The translations under genes were made by a program, and so were the position numbers. From NCBI GenBank assembly GCA_965204735.1, contig OZ242008.1, forward strand, positions 3,264,001-3,328,000: DNA of 64,000 bases, given 5' to 3'. Below, piece by piece: positions 40,003 to 50,423 of the stretch. Position 1 is the stretch's first letter. Each line of letters opens with the position of its first letter. This stretch comes from Longimicrobiales bacterium. GTDB lineage: Bacteria; Gemmatimonadota; Gemmatimonadetes; Longimicrobiales; Gaopeijiaceae. The notes under the pieces are model-generated. The model had not been told where the DNA came from and did no database searches. It worked only from the letters and a program-made list of their open reading frames with translations.

Positions 40003-41003
40003 CCAATCCCACTTCGGCGTTGGGCCGAGCGACTCCGGAGTTGTCCTTGATTCAGGCTCCGGTTCGCGACCGCCTCGACTTGGTGGCCGAGGAAATCCGC
40101 CGCGTCGCGGTGCCGAACTTCGCCATGATCGACGAGGTGAACGCCTACCTCCTCGCGGTTCCCGGCAAGCTCTTCCGTCCCACCCTGCTGCTCCTGTCGA
40201 GCGAGGTCGGCGCCGACCCGCCGGACGAGACCCTCACGCTGGCGGCCGTGGTCGAGCTGGTTCACGTCGCGACCTTGGTGCACGACGACGCCGTGGACCA
40301 CTCGGCGCTGCGCAGGGGAATGCCCACGGTCAACTCCTTGTGGACGCATCAGATCGCCATCATCATGGGCGACTACCTGTACAGCCGCTCGGTCACGGAG
40401 CTGGCGCGCCTCGGGAAGCTGGACGCGGTGCAGGTCCTGGCCGCCGCCGCCAACGAGATGAGCGTCGGCGAGATGCGGCAGCTCCTCTCCTACGACGACG
40501 TGAGCTTCACGGAAGCCGAGTACTTCCGGCTCATCGCAGCCAAGACCGCTTCCCTGATGTCGGCGGCGTGCGAGATGGGAGCGCTGGCGGGCAACCCGAC
40601 GTACCGGGGACGTCTTCGACGCTTCGGCAGGGCCCTGGGCATGGCCTTCCAGATCGCCGACGACATCTTGGACTACGCTGGCAGCGCGGACGTCACGGGA
40701 AAGCCGGCCGGGCTCGACCTGCGGGGGAGGAAGGTCACGCTGCCCTTGGTCGGCGCCCTGCGGGAGATGTCTCCCGCGGAGGTGGACCAGGTGCGCCACA
40801 TGTTCACCCTGCTGGAGCCGGGGGACGCGGAGGTGCGCGACGCCATCGAACTCGTCCGGCGCAACGGCGGTCTCGACTACGCGCGGCTCAAGGCGCTGGA
40901 GTACGCCGGCTCGGCCGAGGCCGCCCTGGCGGGCCTCGCCCCCTGTCCCGCCTTGGACGCCCTGCGAGAGTCCGTGGTCTACGCCGTGGACCGTTCGCGG
41001 TAA
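39999..41003 (+). CDS. ispB: Polyprenyl (octaprenyl-type) diphosphate synthase
   Basis: GKLFRP, HDDAVD..LRRG, KTASL and FQIADDILD motifs. Confidence 0.88.
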   Translation: MTNPTSALGRATPELSLIQAPVRDRLDLVAEEIRRVAVPNFAMIDEVNAYLLAVPGKLFRPTLLLLSSEVGADPPDETLTLAAVVELVHVATLVHDDAVDHSALRRGMPTVNSLWTHQIAIIMGDYLYSRSVTELARLGKLDAVQVLAAAANEMSVGEMRQLLSYDDVSFTEAEYFRLIAAKTASLMSAACEMGALAGNPTYRGRLRRFGRALGMAFQIADDILDYAGSADVTGKPAGLDLRGRKVTLPLVGALREMSPAEVDQVRHMFTLLEPGDAEVRDAIELVRRNGGLDYARLKALEYAGSAEAALAGLAPCPALDALRESVVYAVDRSR

Positions 41004-41018
41004 GGGGTCGGCGCGGCC

Positions 41019-41291
41019 GTGCTGTCCAACCGAAAGCGGAGCGTCGCTCGCGGCTTCTGGACCCTGGGGCTGGGCATGGCGCTCGGGGGACTGTTGACGG
41101 AGCTGGCCGCGCTGATGCCCGTCAGCACCGCTCGGGACTTCCTGACGACGTCGGTGCAGGCGTCGTTGGGTCCGTTCTCCTTCGACTTGGTTTCGTTCGG
41201 CTTCACGATCGGTCCGATTTCCTTCGCCTTGAACGTGCTGACGCTGGTGGGCGTCGCCATCGTGGCGTTCCTCGTTCGCTCCTGGATGTAG
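41019..41291 (+). CDS. Small membrane protein (DUF4321-like)
   Basis: Two hydrophobic segments flanking GPFSFDLVSFGFTIG. Confidence 0.65.
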   Translation: MLSNRKRSVARGFWTLGLGMALGGLLTELAALMPVSTARDFLTTSVQASLGPFSFDLVSFGFTIGPISFALNVLTLVGVAIVAFLVRSWM

Positions 41292-41390
41292 CGGCGGGAG
41301 ACCGGTCGGGGTTACCTTCTCTTCCCGGACGCCGCAGGGCGTGGCGACCGGCTTCGGAAGCGCATCGACAACAGGACACAGGAGGCGAGA

Positions 41391-41642
41391 ATGCCCTTTG
41401 GCCTTGGCATGGGCGAAATGATCCTGATCTTCCTGGTCGTCTTGCTCGTCTTCGGAGCAAAGCGGCTTCCCGAGCTCGGAACGTCTCTGGGCAAGGGCAT
41501 CAGGGAGTTCAAGTCCTCGGTTCGGGAGATCGAATCCGAGATCAAGGTGCCGCCCTCCATCGAGGAACACTCCTCGAAGAAGTCGGAGAGCTCGAACGGC
41601 GGGGACGAAGGCAAGCCGCGACGCCTGACGACCGGCGGCTGA
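41391..41642 (+). CDS. tatA: Twin-arginine translocase TatA
   Basis: LLVFGAKRLPELGTSLGKGIREFK; RBS AGGAGG. Confidence 0.95.
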   Translation: MPFGLGMGEMILIFLVVLLVFGAKRLPELGTSLGKGIREFKSSVREIESEIKVPPSIEEHSSKKSESSNGGDEGKPRRLTTGG

Positions 41643-41808
41643 CGCGGCCGGGCAGCGGCCTCGGGGCCCGACGCCGGTCCTACAGCTCCTCGGTCACGGA
41701 AACAAGTCGCGCACAAGCATCCCGCAGGCGTCCCCTATCGCGCCCACCAACCAGCTTGCGGCACGCTTCACCAGCCTCCACAACCTCTTCACAACTGCAT
41801 CGGCTCGG

Positions 41809-43656
41809 CTAGAAGACCGGCGGCAGCCCCGGCTGCTGAGCCTCGTCCGCCGGGGCCAGCACCTCTTCGCGACGGTCCACGATCCGCGCGGACTCCCGCA
41901 GGCCTTCGATCCACTGGGTCAGGCGCTGCTCCCGCACCGCCGCCACGGCTTCGGTTCGCTGCTCGTCGAGCTGGCCGGCCCAGGCGGCGCTGTCGGCGGC
42001 CGTCCAACCGGTCTTCTCGACGACGAAGGCGTTCTGGTTCGCTTCGACAGCGCCCGACACCTCGCCCACTTCGAGCCCGAAGGCGGTCCCCACGACCGCG
42101 GTGCGGAAGCCGAGTCCCGCAACGAACTCGAGACGCGAGAACGGACCCGCTTCCTGCACTTCCAGCCCCATCTCCCTGGCCACTTCGTCCAGCGGGCGCC
42201 CGCCGTGCACCTCGGCGGCCAGCTCCCGGGCCTCTTCCATGGCGGCGGCGATCTTCCGCTCGGTGCCCAGCGTCTGGCGGATCGCCAGCTCGGCCTCCTC
42301 TTCGGTCAGGTGGCCGGCGGGGTCGATCGAGACCAGCTCCAGCGCGTAGAAGGCGCCGCGGTTCTCGAAGACCGGGCTCACGTCGCCCGGCAGGGTCTCG
42401 GGATCGAAGATCCACTCTCCCCCTTCGGCCGCTTCGCCGGCGCCCGGGACGATGGGAAAGTTCTCGGTCATGTCCAGGGTGTCCACCTCGAGCCCCAGGG
42501 CCGTCGCGGCCTCCGCCAACGGCATGGCTTCGCCCAGCTCCTCCAGGGAGTCGGCCGTCTCCAGGAGGTCGAACTCGGATTCGTCGGTGCGCTCGTAGGG
42601 CAGGAGGATGTGGCGCGCCCGGGCCGAGTCCTGTCCCCAGCGCTCCGACACCTCGATCAGGTGCACGCCGAACCGGCTCCGCACCGGCTCCGTCGTGCGG
42701 TCCAAGCGGGCGGCGAAGACCGTGGAGTCGAACGCCGGGACCATCGCTCCCTTGCCGAAGACGCCCAAGTCGCCCCCGTCCTGGGCCGAGGCCTCGTCGG
42801 AGGACTCCTCGCGGGCCAGCTCGGCGAAGTCCGCGCCTGCGAGAATCTCCTCCCGCAGCTCGGCCGCCCGCCGCTCCACCGCCGCCGTGTCGGCCGCGGT
42901 CGCAGCCTTGGAAAGGGCCACGGAGATCACGGACGCCGTCGCGGGAAAGGCGTACTCCTCCCGGTTCTCGGCGTAGTGGCGGGACACGTCGTCGGCCGTG
43001 ACCTCGATCTGGTCGTCGCCGACCCGGACCAGGGGATCGAACGCCACGTAGCGCACGGTGGCCGTCTCGTTCTCGTCCCGGTACGCCCCCCACAGCTCGG
43101 CGTCGGAGACGTGGACGCCCGACGCGACTTGGCGCAGGAGCTTCCCTCGGGGGATCACGTCGCGGTAGTACGCCTCCAATCCCAGGAGCTGCTCCGGAGT
43201 CGCGCCGGCTATGAACTGCTGGTACTTGGCGATGTCGAACTCGCCGTCGGTCTGGAAGACCGCGCTGGACGCCAGGTCGGGCGGCGGACTGAAGCGCGCC
43301 GCGTTGATCACTTCTTCGTCGGTGACCACGATCCCCCGTCTTCGCAGCTCCTGCTGGATCAAGATGGTGCTGACCACCTCGTCCCACGCCTGGTCCTCGA
43401 TCTCCGCGTTCTGGGCGTTGGTCACGGGCTCTTCCTGGCCGCTCTGGATCCGGTCGTAGATGTAGCGGTAGGAAGCCATGTAGGCGTCGTACGAAACCGG
43501 CGTTCCGTTGACTCGGCCCACTTCGCCGTAGACGCCCATGGAGCCTGCCGTCTGGCCCGTGATGTCCATCCCCCACTCGAAGAACATCAGTCCCCCAAAA
43601 GCCAGGGCCGCCAGGAGCATGATCCACTTCGTGTTGTCCCGCATCTGCCGCATCAT
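41809..43656 (-). CDS. ppiD: PpiD/SurA-like peptidyl-prolyl isomerase chaperone
   Basis: MMRQMR + TM, SurA_N-like region, rotamase FAELAREESSD..GGDLG..MVPAFD..FGVHLI; RBS GAGGAGG. Confidence 0.85.
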   Translation of the reverse strand: MMRQMRDNTKWIMLLAALAFGGLMFFEWGMDITGQTAGSMGVYGEVGRVNGTPVSYDAYMASYRYIYDRIQSGQEEPVTNAQNAEIEDQAWDEVVSTILIQQELRRRGIVVTDEEVINAARFSPPPDLASSAVFQTDGEFDIAKYQQFIAGATPEQLLGLEAYYRDVIPRGKLLRQVASGVHVSDAELWGAYRDENETATVRYVAFDPLVRVGDDQIEVTADDVSRHYAENREEYAFPATASVISVALSKAATAADTAAVERRAAELREEILAGADFAELAREESSDEASAQDGGDLGVFGKGAMVPAFDSTVFAARLDRTTEPVRSRFGVHLIEVSERWGQDSARARHILLPYERTDESEFDLLETADSLEELGEAMPLAEAATALGLEVDTLDMTENFPIVPGAGEAAEGGEWIFDPETLPGDVSPVFENRGAFYALELVSIDPAGHLTEEEAELAIRQTLGTERKIAAAMEEARELAAEVHGGRPLDEVAREMGLEVQEAGPFSRLEFVAGLGFRTAVVGTAFGLEVGEVSGAVEANQNAFVVEKTGWTAADSAAWAGQLDEQRTEAVAAVREQRLTQWIEGLRESARIVDRREEVLAPADEAQQPGLPPVF

Positions 43657-43809
43657 CGGCTGTCCTCCTCTGGTTGGGAGGAAAGCTAACCGCCAACGGG
43701 AAGCTCGTTCAACCGACGGGACCCGCTCGTCCAACCAACGGGACTCGTTCGGCAATGGGCCGCTTCGCCGGATGGCGGGTCGGCCGGGCCCGCGGGCGGC
43801 GCTCCCGTG

Positions 43810-43837
43810 TTGACGCTGGTGCGTCGCCGAGTAGCTT
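43810..43837 (+). promoter_or_regulatory. Putative sigma70 promoter for the aroQ-efp-acc operon
   Basis: TTGACG-N16-TAGCTT. Confidence 0.45.
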
Positions 43838-44001
43838 GATTGGAGCAGCTTGATTTCGGGCGTGTCGCGGCCGCTTCCCGACACCGCCCGGCTTCCTCGC
43901 GCGCCCGGCGACCGACTCGCTCCCGGCGGGCAAGCACGCCGCCCGGCGGCATGGCTCCCGGGCACGGCTCCCGGTCGTCTTCTTCCCGAAGGGGTCCCCT
44001 C

Positions 44002-44508
44002 GTGTCTTCAGCTTCCGAAGCCGCGCCCCGGCATCCCCGCGAAGGCGGACGGTCCTTGGCGGCGGCGGTCGTCCACGGTCCGAACTTGAACCTTCTGGGC
44101 GTCCGCGAGCCCCATCTCTACGGGACCGCGACGCTGGCCGACGTGAACCGGGCCGTCGAAGAGGAGGCGGCGGCGATCGGCGTCCGGGTCGAGTGCTTCC
44201 AGTCCAACTCCGAAGGGGCGATCCTGGACTTTCTGGCCGGCGTCCGAGATCGGATCGACGGCGTGCTGATCAACCCTGCGGGCCTGGGCCACACGTCGGT
44301 GGCCCTGCTGGACGGCCTGCTGGCCACGGGGAAGCCCTTCGTCGAAGTGCACTTGAGCAACCCGGCGAGCCGCGAGTCGTTCCGGCGGCGCTCCATGATC
44401 GCCCCCGCAGCGTTGGGCGTGGTCGCAGGGTTCGGGGTGGACAGCTATCTTTCTGGGTTGCGTTGCCTTTGCAGCTGCTTGCTCCGGCAAAGGGACGCCG
44501 CGAAGTAG
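44002..44508 (+). CDS. aroQ: Type II 3-dehydroquinate dehydratase
   Basis: HGPNLNLLG.REP..YG, FQSNSEG, INPAG..HTS and EVHLSN motifs; start GTG 44002 or TTG 44056. Confidence 0.95.
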   Translation: MSSASEAAPRHPREGGRSLAAAVVHGPNLNLLGVREPHLYGTATLADVNRAVEEEAAAIGVRVECFQSNSEGAILDFLAGVRDRIDGVLINPAGLGHTSVALLDGLLATGKPFVEVHLSNPASRESFRRRSMIAPAALGVVAGFGVDSYLSGLRCLCSCLLRQRDAAK

Positions 44509-44569
44509 CACTCACGGTCCCCCGGACGGTCCCCCCAGGCGCCGCCGACAGGAGAACGAGCCGACACCG

Positions 44570-45151
44570 ATGGCGACCACCGCCGACTTCCGCAACGGGA
44601 TGGTGCTGGAGATCGATGGCGAGCTCTGGACCATCACCTACTTTCAGCACGTGAAGCCCGGCAAGGGCGGCGCCTTCGTGCGCACGAAGCTGAAGAACGT
44701 GCTCTCGGGCGCGGTCGTGGACCGGACCTTCCGAGCCGGCGAGCGGGTGGCCAGCGTTCGGCTGGAGCGGAGGCCCGTCAACTACTCCTACACCGACGGC
44801 GAGTTCTACCACTTCATGGACGAAGAGACCTGGGAGCTGATCCCGGTCGCCGGCGAGATGCTGGGCAAGGGCCAGCTCAAGTACCTGAAGGAGAACATGC
44901 GGTGCGAGGGCTTGGTCCGCGACGGCGCCGTGATTGCCGTGGAGGTTCCGGCGTTCGTCGAGCTCGAGGTGACCGGGACCGACCCCGGCCACAAGGGCGA
45001 CACCGCCCAGGGGGCGACCAAGCCGGCGACGCTGGAGACGGGCGCGGTGATTCAGGTCCCCCTCTTCGTGGACGTGGGCGACGTGCTGAAGATCGACCGG
45101 CGGGAGGGCAAGTACCTCTCGCGGGTGAGCGGACGACCGGCCGGCGGATGA
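44570..45151 (+). CDS. efp: Elongation factor P
   Basis: HVKPGKGGAFVR, KGDTA and KPATLETG...VPLF motifs. Confidence 0.97.
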   Translation: MATTADFRNGMVLEIDGELWTITYFQHVKPGKGGAFVRTKLKNVLSGAVVDRTFRAGERVASVRLERRPVNYSYTDGEFYHFMDEETWELIPVAGEMLGKGQLKYLKENMRCEGLVRDGAVIAVEVPAFVELEVTGTDPGHKGDTAQGATKPATLETGAVIQVPLFVDVGDVLKIDRREGKYLSRVSGRPAGG

Positions 45152-45155
45152 CGAG

Positions 45156-45647
45156 ATGATCGACCGGGAGTTCTTGGAGTCCCTGGTGCGGCTTCTCGAC
45201 GACTCGTCGCTGGACAGCCTGGAGATTGAGCGGGGCGGCATGCGGATCCGCCTGGCCAAGTCTCCTTCGGGGGGCCCGGCGACCGTCCCCGGTCCGGCCC
45301 CGACGCCGTCCGGCGCCGTGGACCGGTCCCACGCGGCGGTCGCGCCCTCTCCGCCTCCGGCCTCTTCCGCGCCTGCCGGCCAAGCCGACGACGGCGGCGG
45401 AACGCGGCTGGCCGAGATCGTGTCGCCCATGGTCGGCACCTTCTACAGGGCGCCGTCGCCGGAGGCCGACCCGTACGTCAAGACGGGGGACTCCGTGGAG
45501 GCGGGCGACGTGCTGTGCGTCATCGAGGCGATGAAGCTCATGAACGAGCTGGAGTGCGAGACGCCCGGACGCATCGTCGAGATCTGCGTGGGGAACGCGG
45601 AGCCCGTGGACTACGGTCAACTCCTCTTCCGCGTGGAGCCGGCCTGA
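45156..45647 (+). CDS. accB: Acetyl-CoA carboxylase biotin carboxyl carrier protein
   Basis: SPMVGTFY and EAMKLMNE motifs. Confidence 0.97.
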   Translation: MIDREFLESLVRLLDDSSLDSLEIERGGMRIRLAKSPSGGPATVPGPAPTPSGAVDRSHAAVAPSPPPASSAPAGQADDGGGTRLAEIVSPMVGTFYRAPSPEADPYVKTGDSVEAGDVLCVIEAMKLMNELECETPGRIVEICVGNAEPVDYGQLLFRVEPA

Positions 45648-45658
45648 CGCCGCCGCGC

Positions 45659-47008
45659 ATGTTCGAGAAGCTGCTGATCGCCAACCGGGGGGAGATTGCC
45701 CTTCGGATCGTGCGCGCGTGCCGCGAGCTGGGCGTGAAGACCGTGGCGGTGCATTCGGAGGCGGACCGGGAGTCGCTGCACGTGCGCTTCGCCGACGAGG
45801 CCGTGTGCATCGGCCCCGCCGCGGCCTCCCGGTCCTACCTGAACGTTCCGCAGATCATCGCGGCGGCCGAGATCACGGGGGCCGAAGCGGTTCATCCGGG
45901 GTACGGCTTCCTGGCGGAGAACGCCGAGTTCGCGGAGATCTGCCAGCAGTCGGAGCTGACCTTCGTCGGACCGACCCCGGCCCAGATCAGGACGATGGGC
46001 GACAAGGCGACCGCCAGGAAGGCGATGCGTCGCGCCGGCGTGCCTGTCGTGCCCGGCTCCGGCGGCGTGGTCGAAGGCGTGGACGACGCGTTGGCGACGG
46101 CCCGGAAGATCGGCTTCCCGATCATGATCAAGGCGGCGGCGGGCGGCGGGGGCAGGGGAATGCGGATCGCCGAGGACGAGTCCTCCTTCTCTCGGAGCTT
46201 CGGGGCGGCGCAGGCGGAGGCGGCGGCGGCCTTCGGCAACGGCGGCGTGTACCTGGAGCGATGCGTCTCGCGGCCTCGCCACGTGGAGTTCCAGGTCTTC
46301 GGCGACAGCCAGGGCCGGGTGGTGCACCTGGGAGAACGGGACTGCTCGATCCAGCGCCGTCACCAGAAGCTCATCGAAGAGGCCCCTTCGCCGGCCCTCG
46401 ACGACCGGCTTCGGACGGCCATGGGCGAGGCGGCCGTGCGGGCGGCCCTGGCGATCGGCTACGTGGGGGCCGGCACGGTGGAGTTCCTGCTGGATCCTTC
46501 AGGCGACTTCTACTTCATCGAGATGAACACGCGGATCCAGGTCGAGCATCCCGTCACCGAGGCGACCACCGGGTTCGACTTGGTGAAGGAGCAGATCCGG
46601 GTCGCCGCGGGCCGACCGCTCTCGTTTCCGTCCGAGGAGGTGGTCCACCGGGGCCATGCCATCGAGTTCCGGGTCAACGCCGAGGACCCGGCCCGGGACT
46701 TCGCGCCCTCGCCGGGAGAGATCACGACCTTCCACCAGCCGGGAGGGCCGGGCGTCCGGGTCGACACCCACGTCTACTCCGGCTACCGAGTCCCCCCGCA
46801 CTACGACTCCCTGGTGGCCAAGCTGGTGGTCTGGGGGAACACCCGTCAGGAGGCGGTTGCAAGGGGACGGGAAGCATTGGAGTCGTTCGTGGTGGAGGGC
46901 ATCTTCACCACGATCGGCTACTTGTCGAACATTACCCAGGACAAGGCGTTCCAGGAGGGCAGCGTGGACACGAGCTTCGTGGACAGCTTCGGAAACGGCC
47001 GTGGCTGA
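45659..47008 (+). CDS. accC: Acetyl-CoA carboxylase biotin carboxylase
   Basis: [37 protein letters not shown] and [14 protein letters not shown] motifs. Confidence 0.97.
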   Translation: MFEKLLIANRGEIALRIVRACRELGVKTVAVHSEADRESLHVRFADEAVCIGPAAASRSYLNVPQIIAAAEITGAEAVHPGYGFLAENAEFAEICQQSELTFVGPTPAQIRTMGDKATARKAMRRAGVPVVPGSGGVVEGVDDALATARKIGFPIMIKAAAGGGGRGMRIAEDESSFSRSFGAAQAEAAAAFGNGGVYLERCVSRPRHVEFQVFGDSQGRVVHLGERDCSIQRRHQKLIEEAPSPALDDRLRTAMGEAAVRAALAIGYVGAGTVEFLLDPSGDFYFIEMNTRIQVEHPVTEATTGFDLVKEQIRVAAGRPLSFPSEEVVHRGHAIEFRVNAEDPARDFAPSPGEITTFHQPGGPGVRVDTHVYSGYRVPPHYDSLVAKLVVWGNTRQEAVARGREALESFVVEGIFTTIGYLSNITQDKAFQEGSVDTSFVDSFGNGRG

Positions 47009-47735
47009 CGGCCCGATGGTGCGGGTGTTCTTCACGCCCGGCGAGCTTGAAGGGCGCGTTGCCGAAGGAAAGACCGCCGTCGTGATCGACGTGCTGCGCG
47101 CCACCTCCTGCATTGCGGAGGCGATGGCCAACGGGGCGGCGACGATATTCCCGACCGAGTCCATCGACGACGCCATGGCGCTGCGGGCGTCGCTGGACAG
47201 CGACCGCATCTTGCTCTGCGGCGAACGGAAGGGTCTCCGGATCGACGGCTTCGACTTGGGCAACTCCCCTGCCGAGTTCGTGCCCGACGTGGTCGGGGAC
47301 AAGCAGCTGATCATGACCACGACCAACGGCACTCGGGCCTTCCTGGCCGCGTCCCGCGCCCAGCGGACGCTGGCGGCTTCGTTCCTGAACCTGCACGCCG
47401 TCGCCGAGGCGGTGGCGGACGACGCGGAGGTGGCCGTGCTCTGCGCCGGCAAGGAAGGCCGCTTCTCGCTGGACGACGCCGTGTGCGCCGGTCATCTGGT
47501 GCTCCGCATCGCCGAGGGGGCCGAGGTCGAAGTCGTGCTGGACGACGGAGCGGCGGCGGCGGTGGAGCTGGCCGGAGTCTACGGGCCGGACGCCGACACC
47601 TTCGCGGCCGCGGCCGCCGGGCAGGCCCTGGTGGACGCGGGAATGGAGTCCGACCTGGAGTTCTGCGCGGAAGTGGACAAGCACGAGGTGGTGCCCGTGA
47701 TGTCCGGCCGGGCGATCACGCTTTCCCGGGGATAG
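47001..47735 (+). CDS. comB: 2-phosphosulfolactate phosphatase family
   Basis: [22 protein letters not shown] and TTTNGT motifs. Confidence 0.9.
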   Translation: MADGPMVRVFFTPGELEGRVAEGKTAVVIDVLRATSCIAEAMANGAATIFPTESIDDAMALRASLDSDRILLCGERKGLRIDGFDLGNSPAEFVPDVVGDKQLIMTTTNGTRAFLAASRAQRTLAASFLNLHAVAEAVADDAEVAVLCAGKEGRFSLDDAVCAGHLVLRIAEGAEVEVVLDDGAAAAVELAGVYGPDADTFAAAAAGQALVDAGMESDLEFCAEVDKHEVVPVMSGRAITLSRG

Positions 47736-50423
47736 ATGGCGCGGGGACCGGGCAAGCGCGCTTCCGCCCCGCGGAAGAGGCAGGCGGAGGGGACGGGAGT
47801 TGCGGGGGCCTTGCGGGGAATCGGCGCCGGAGACTCGGGCCGGACGCTTCCCGCGGTCGCCGCGGTCTCGGCCTTCTTGGTGGGGGTGGCCCTCCTTCCG
47901 TACCTGATGGGTCCCTTCAGGGGCTTTCTGCCGGACTCGGCGCTGGTGGACGCGCTCCTCGGTCCCGCGGGCGGCCCCCTCGATCCAGAGGGCGCCGCCT
48001 CCAAGAACCCTCTCGGCCCCGCCGGCCGCGCGGTGCAGACCGCGCTGAAGGCGGCCTTCGGCGCCGGCAGCGCCGCCGTGCCCCTCTGCCTCTTGGCCGC
48101 CGCCGCATCCTCCGGCCAGTGGTGGTCGCCCGACGCGCGAAGGCGGGCTTGGATCCTCGCCGGCGGGCTGCTCTTCATCCTCCCCGCCACGGCTTACGTC
48201 TGGCCCTTCTCGGCCACCTGTCCGGCGGTCCAGACCGGTCACTGGACCGGCTTTCTGGGCGCCCAGGCGATCGGGCGTCCCTTGTGCAGCGTGGTCGGCT
48301 GGTTCGGCGTCGCGTTCGTCACCGGGGCCGGCTGGGTCGCCATCTCGGTGGCGGCCTTCGGCGTCAACCCCCTCGCCTTGGCCGGCACGGCCGCCGCCTG
48401 GACCTTCAAGCGAGCCCGACGCGACTTCGCCACCGTGGCGGGAAGCGCCGCCGCCGGCGGGCGGGCCCTGCGCGAGCGGGCCAAGCGGCGCAGGGAGGCC
48501 TCGGCGGAGCGGAAGGCGGCCAGGCGCCGGGCGGCGGAGCGCGCGGTTCGCGTGGCGGCCCGCGAGGCGGCAGAGGAAGCAGCCGCCCGGGAAGCGGCCG
48601 AAGAAGCCGCGCGGCGAGCGGCCCGGGAGACGGCGGAGGCCGCAGAGCAGGGTGCGGCGCTCCTCGACGCCCCCTCCGAAAGAGACGAAGCTCCTTGGGA
48701 AGCGCCGGCCGGGCAGTACGTGCCGACGACCGGGACCTTGGCGCCGCCCGAGGGAGCGGGGATCGAACCGCTCGGCGACGCCAGTCCTTCCCCCGGCGAA
48801 CTCCAGCCTCCCCACCCCCCGGCCGTTCCGGCGCCGGCCGGCGCCGAGTCCTCGCCGGCGCCCGCTCCGGCCGGCGCAGGCGATCCGCCGGCCGCCCAGA
48901 CATGGCCCAGCCTCGAACTCCTGGCGCCGCCCGAGCGCCGGGACCGACTGGACATGGAACGGGAGCTGGACCGCTTGGGAGGGGTGCTGATAGAGACCCT
49001 GAGCAACTTCAACATCAAGTCGACGATCGAAGGGCGCACCACGGGGCCGGCCGTCACCCAGTTCGAAGTCGTTCCGGCCGCCGGCGTCAAGGTCAACCGA
49101 ATCGCCAACCTGGACGCGGACCTGGCCCTGGCGATGGAGGCCCGGAGCGTGCGGATCGTGGCGCCGATCCCCGGCAAGGGCGCGGTGGGCGTCGAGATCC
49201 CCAACCCCGAGCCGGAGATGGTGCGCCTGCGCGAGATACTGGGCAGCGCAGCGTTCGCCCGCTCCGACGCGGCGCTCCCCCTGGCGCTGGGCAAGGACCT
49301 GACGGGCCGCCCCTACGTCACCGACTTGACGAAGATGCCCCACGCCCTCATCGCCGGCGCCACCGGATCGGGCAAGTCGGTGTGCCTGAACACGATCATC
49401 ACCAGCCTGGTCTACAAGAACGGACCCGACCGACTGCGCCTCCTTCTCGTCGACCCCAAGATGGTCGAGCTCTCGGCGTACTCGGACCTGCCCCACCTTC
49501 GCCACCCCGTCGTCACCGACCCCAAGGACGCGGCCGGCGTGCTCAAGTGGGCGGTGCTGGAGATGGAGCGCCGCTACGCCCTCCTCAGCGCCAACGGCGT
49601 GCGCTCCCTGAAGGAGTTCAACGCCCGCGTGGAGAGCGACGTGACGCTGCGGCGGCCCGAGCCCGACGGACCCGAAGGAGACGAGGACCGATGGGTGTAC
49701 AAGGACGGTCCTCTCCCCTACGTGGTCGTGGTGGTGGACGAGCTGGCGGACCTGATGATGCAGGTCCAGGCCGACGTCGAGAAGCCTCTCGCCCAGCTGG
49801 CCCAGAAGGCCCGGGCGATCGGCATCCACCTCTTGGTGGCGACCCAGCGGCCCACGGTCAACGTCGTCACCGGCCTGATCAAGGCCAACTTCCCTTGCAG
49901 GATCGCCTTCCGGGTGGCGTCGAAGACCGACTCCCGCACCATCCTGGACCAGAACGGCGCCGACTCGCTCCTGGGGCACGGCGACATGCTCTTCCTGCCT
50001 CCGGGCCAGAGCGGGCTGGTGCGCATGCAGGGCGCCTTCATCTCGACGGAGGACACGGAGGCCCTCATGGGCTGGTTCCGGGAGCAAGCCGGCACGCTGG
50101 AGGCGATCAAGGCCCGCGTGACCCGGAGCGAGGACGACATCCTGGAAACGGTGCGGGCGACCGAGGGCGCCGACGAGGACGCCGGCGACGGGGCGATCGC
50201 GGGAGAGTGGGACGACCTCTTTCGCGAAGCGGCCCAGGCGTGCATCCAGCAGGGAGGCGGATCGACGTCGCTCCTTCAGCGCAGGTTGCGGATCGGCTAC
50301 GGCCGGGCGGCCCGAATCGTGGACCAGCTCCACGACGCCGGAGTGCTCGGTCCTCCCGACGGCTCCAAGCCCCGGGAAGTGCTGGTCGGTCCCGAGGGCC
50401 TGGACGAGATCTGCCCCAGTTGA
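47736..50423 (+). CDS. ftsK: DNA translocase FtsK
   Basis: N-terminal TMs; PH.LIAGATGSGKS, DPKMVEL, DELADLMM and ATQRP motifs; gamma domain LQRRLRIGYGRAAR. Confidence 0.96.
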   Translation: MARGPGKRASAPRKRQAEGTGVAGALRGIGAGDSGRTLPAVAAVSAFLVGVALLPYLMGPFRGFLPDSALVDALLGPAGGPLDPEGAASKNPLGPAGRAVQTALKAAFGAGSAAVPLCLLAAAASSGQWWSPDARRRAWILAGGLLFILPATAYVWPFSATCPAVQTGHWTGFLGAQAIGRPLCSVVGWFGVAFVTGAGWVAISVAAFGVNPLALAGTAAAWTFKRARRDFATVAGSAAAGGRALRERAKRRREASAERKAARRRAAERAVRVAAREAAEEAAAREAAEEAARRAARETAEAAEQGAALLDAPSERDEAPWEAPAGQYVPTTGTLAPPEGAGIEPLGDASPSPGELQPPHPPAVPAPAGAESSPAPAPAGAGDPPAAQTWPSLELLAPPERRDRLDMERELDRLGGVLIETLSNFNIKSTIEGRTTGPAVTQFEVVPAAGVKVNRIANLDADLALAMEARSVRIVAPIPGKGAVGVEIPNPEPEMVRLREILGSAAFARSDAALPLALGKDLTGRPYVTDLTKMPHALIAGATGSGKSVCLNTIITSLVYKNGPDRLRLLLVDPKMVELSAYSDLPHLRHPVVTDPKDAAGVLKWAVLEMERRYALLSANGVRSLKEFNARVESDVTLRRPEPDGPEGDEDRWVYKDGPLPYVVVVVDELADLMMQVQADVEKPLAQLAQKARAIGIHLLVATQRPTVNVVTGLIKANFPCRIAFRVASKTDSRTILDQNGADSLLGHGDMLFLPPGQSGLVRMQGAFISTEDTEALMGWFREQAGTLEAIKARVTRSEDDILETVRATEGADEDAGDGAIAGEWDDLFREAAQACIQQGGGSTSLLQRRLRIGYGRAARIVDQLHDAGVLGPPDGSKPREVLVGPEGLDEICPS

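Noticed and set aside
43861..44050. Possible decayed duplication of the aroQ start region
   Set aside because: Similarity is too weak and the spacing inconsistent to distinguish from GC-rich background by eye.
48520..48900. EAAEEAA and Pro/Ala repeats in ftsK
   Set aside because: Typical variable FtsK linker.
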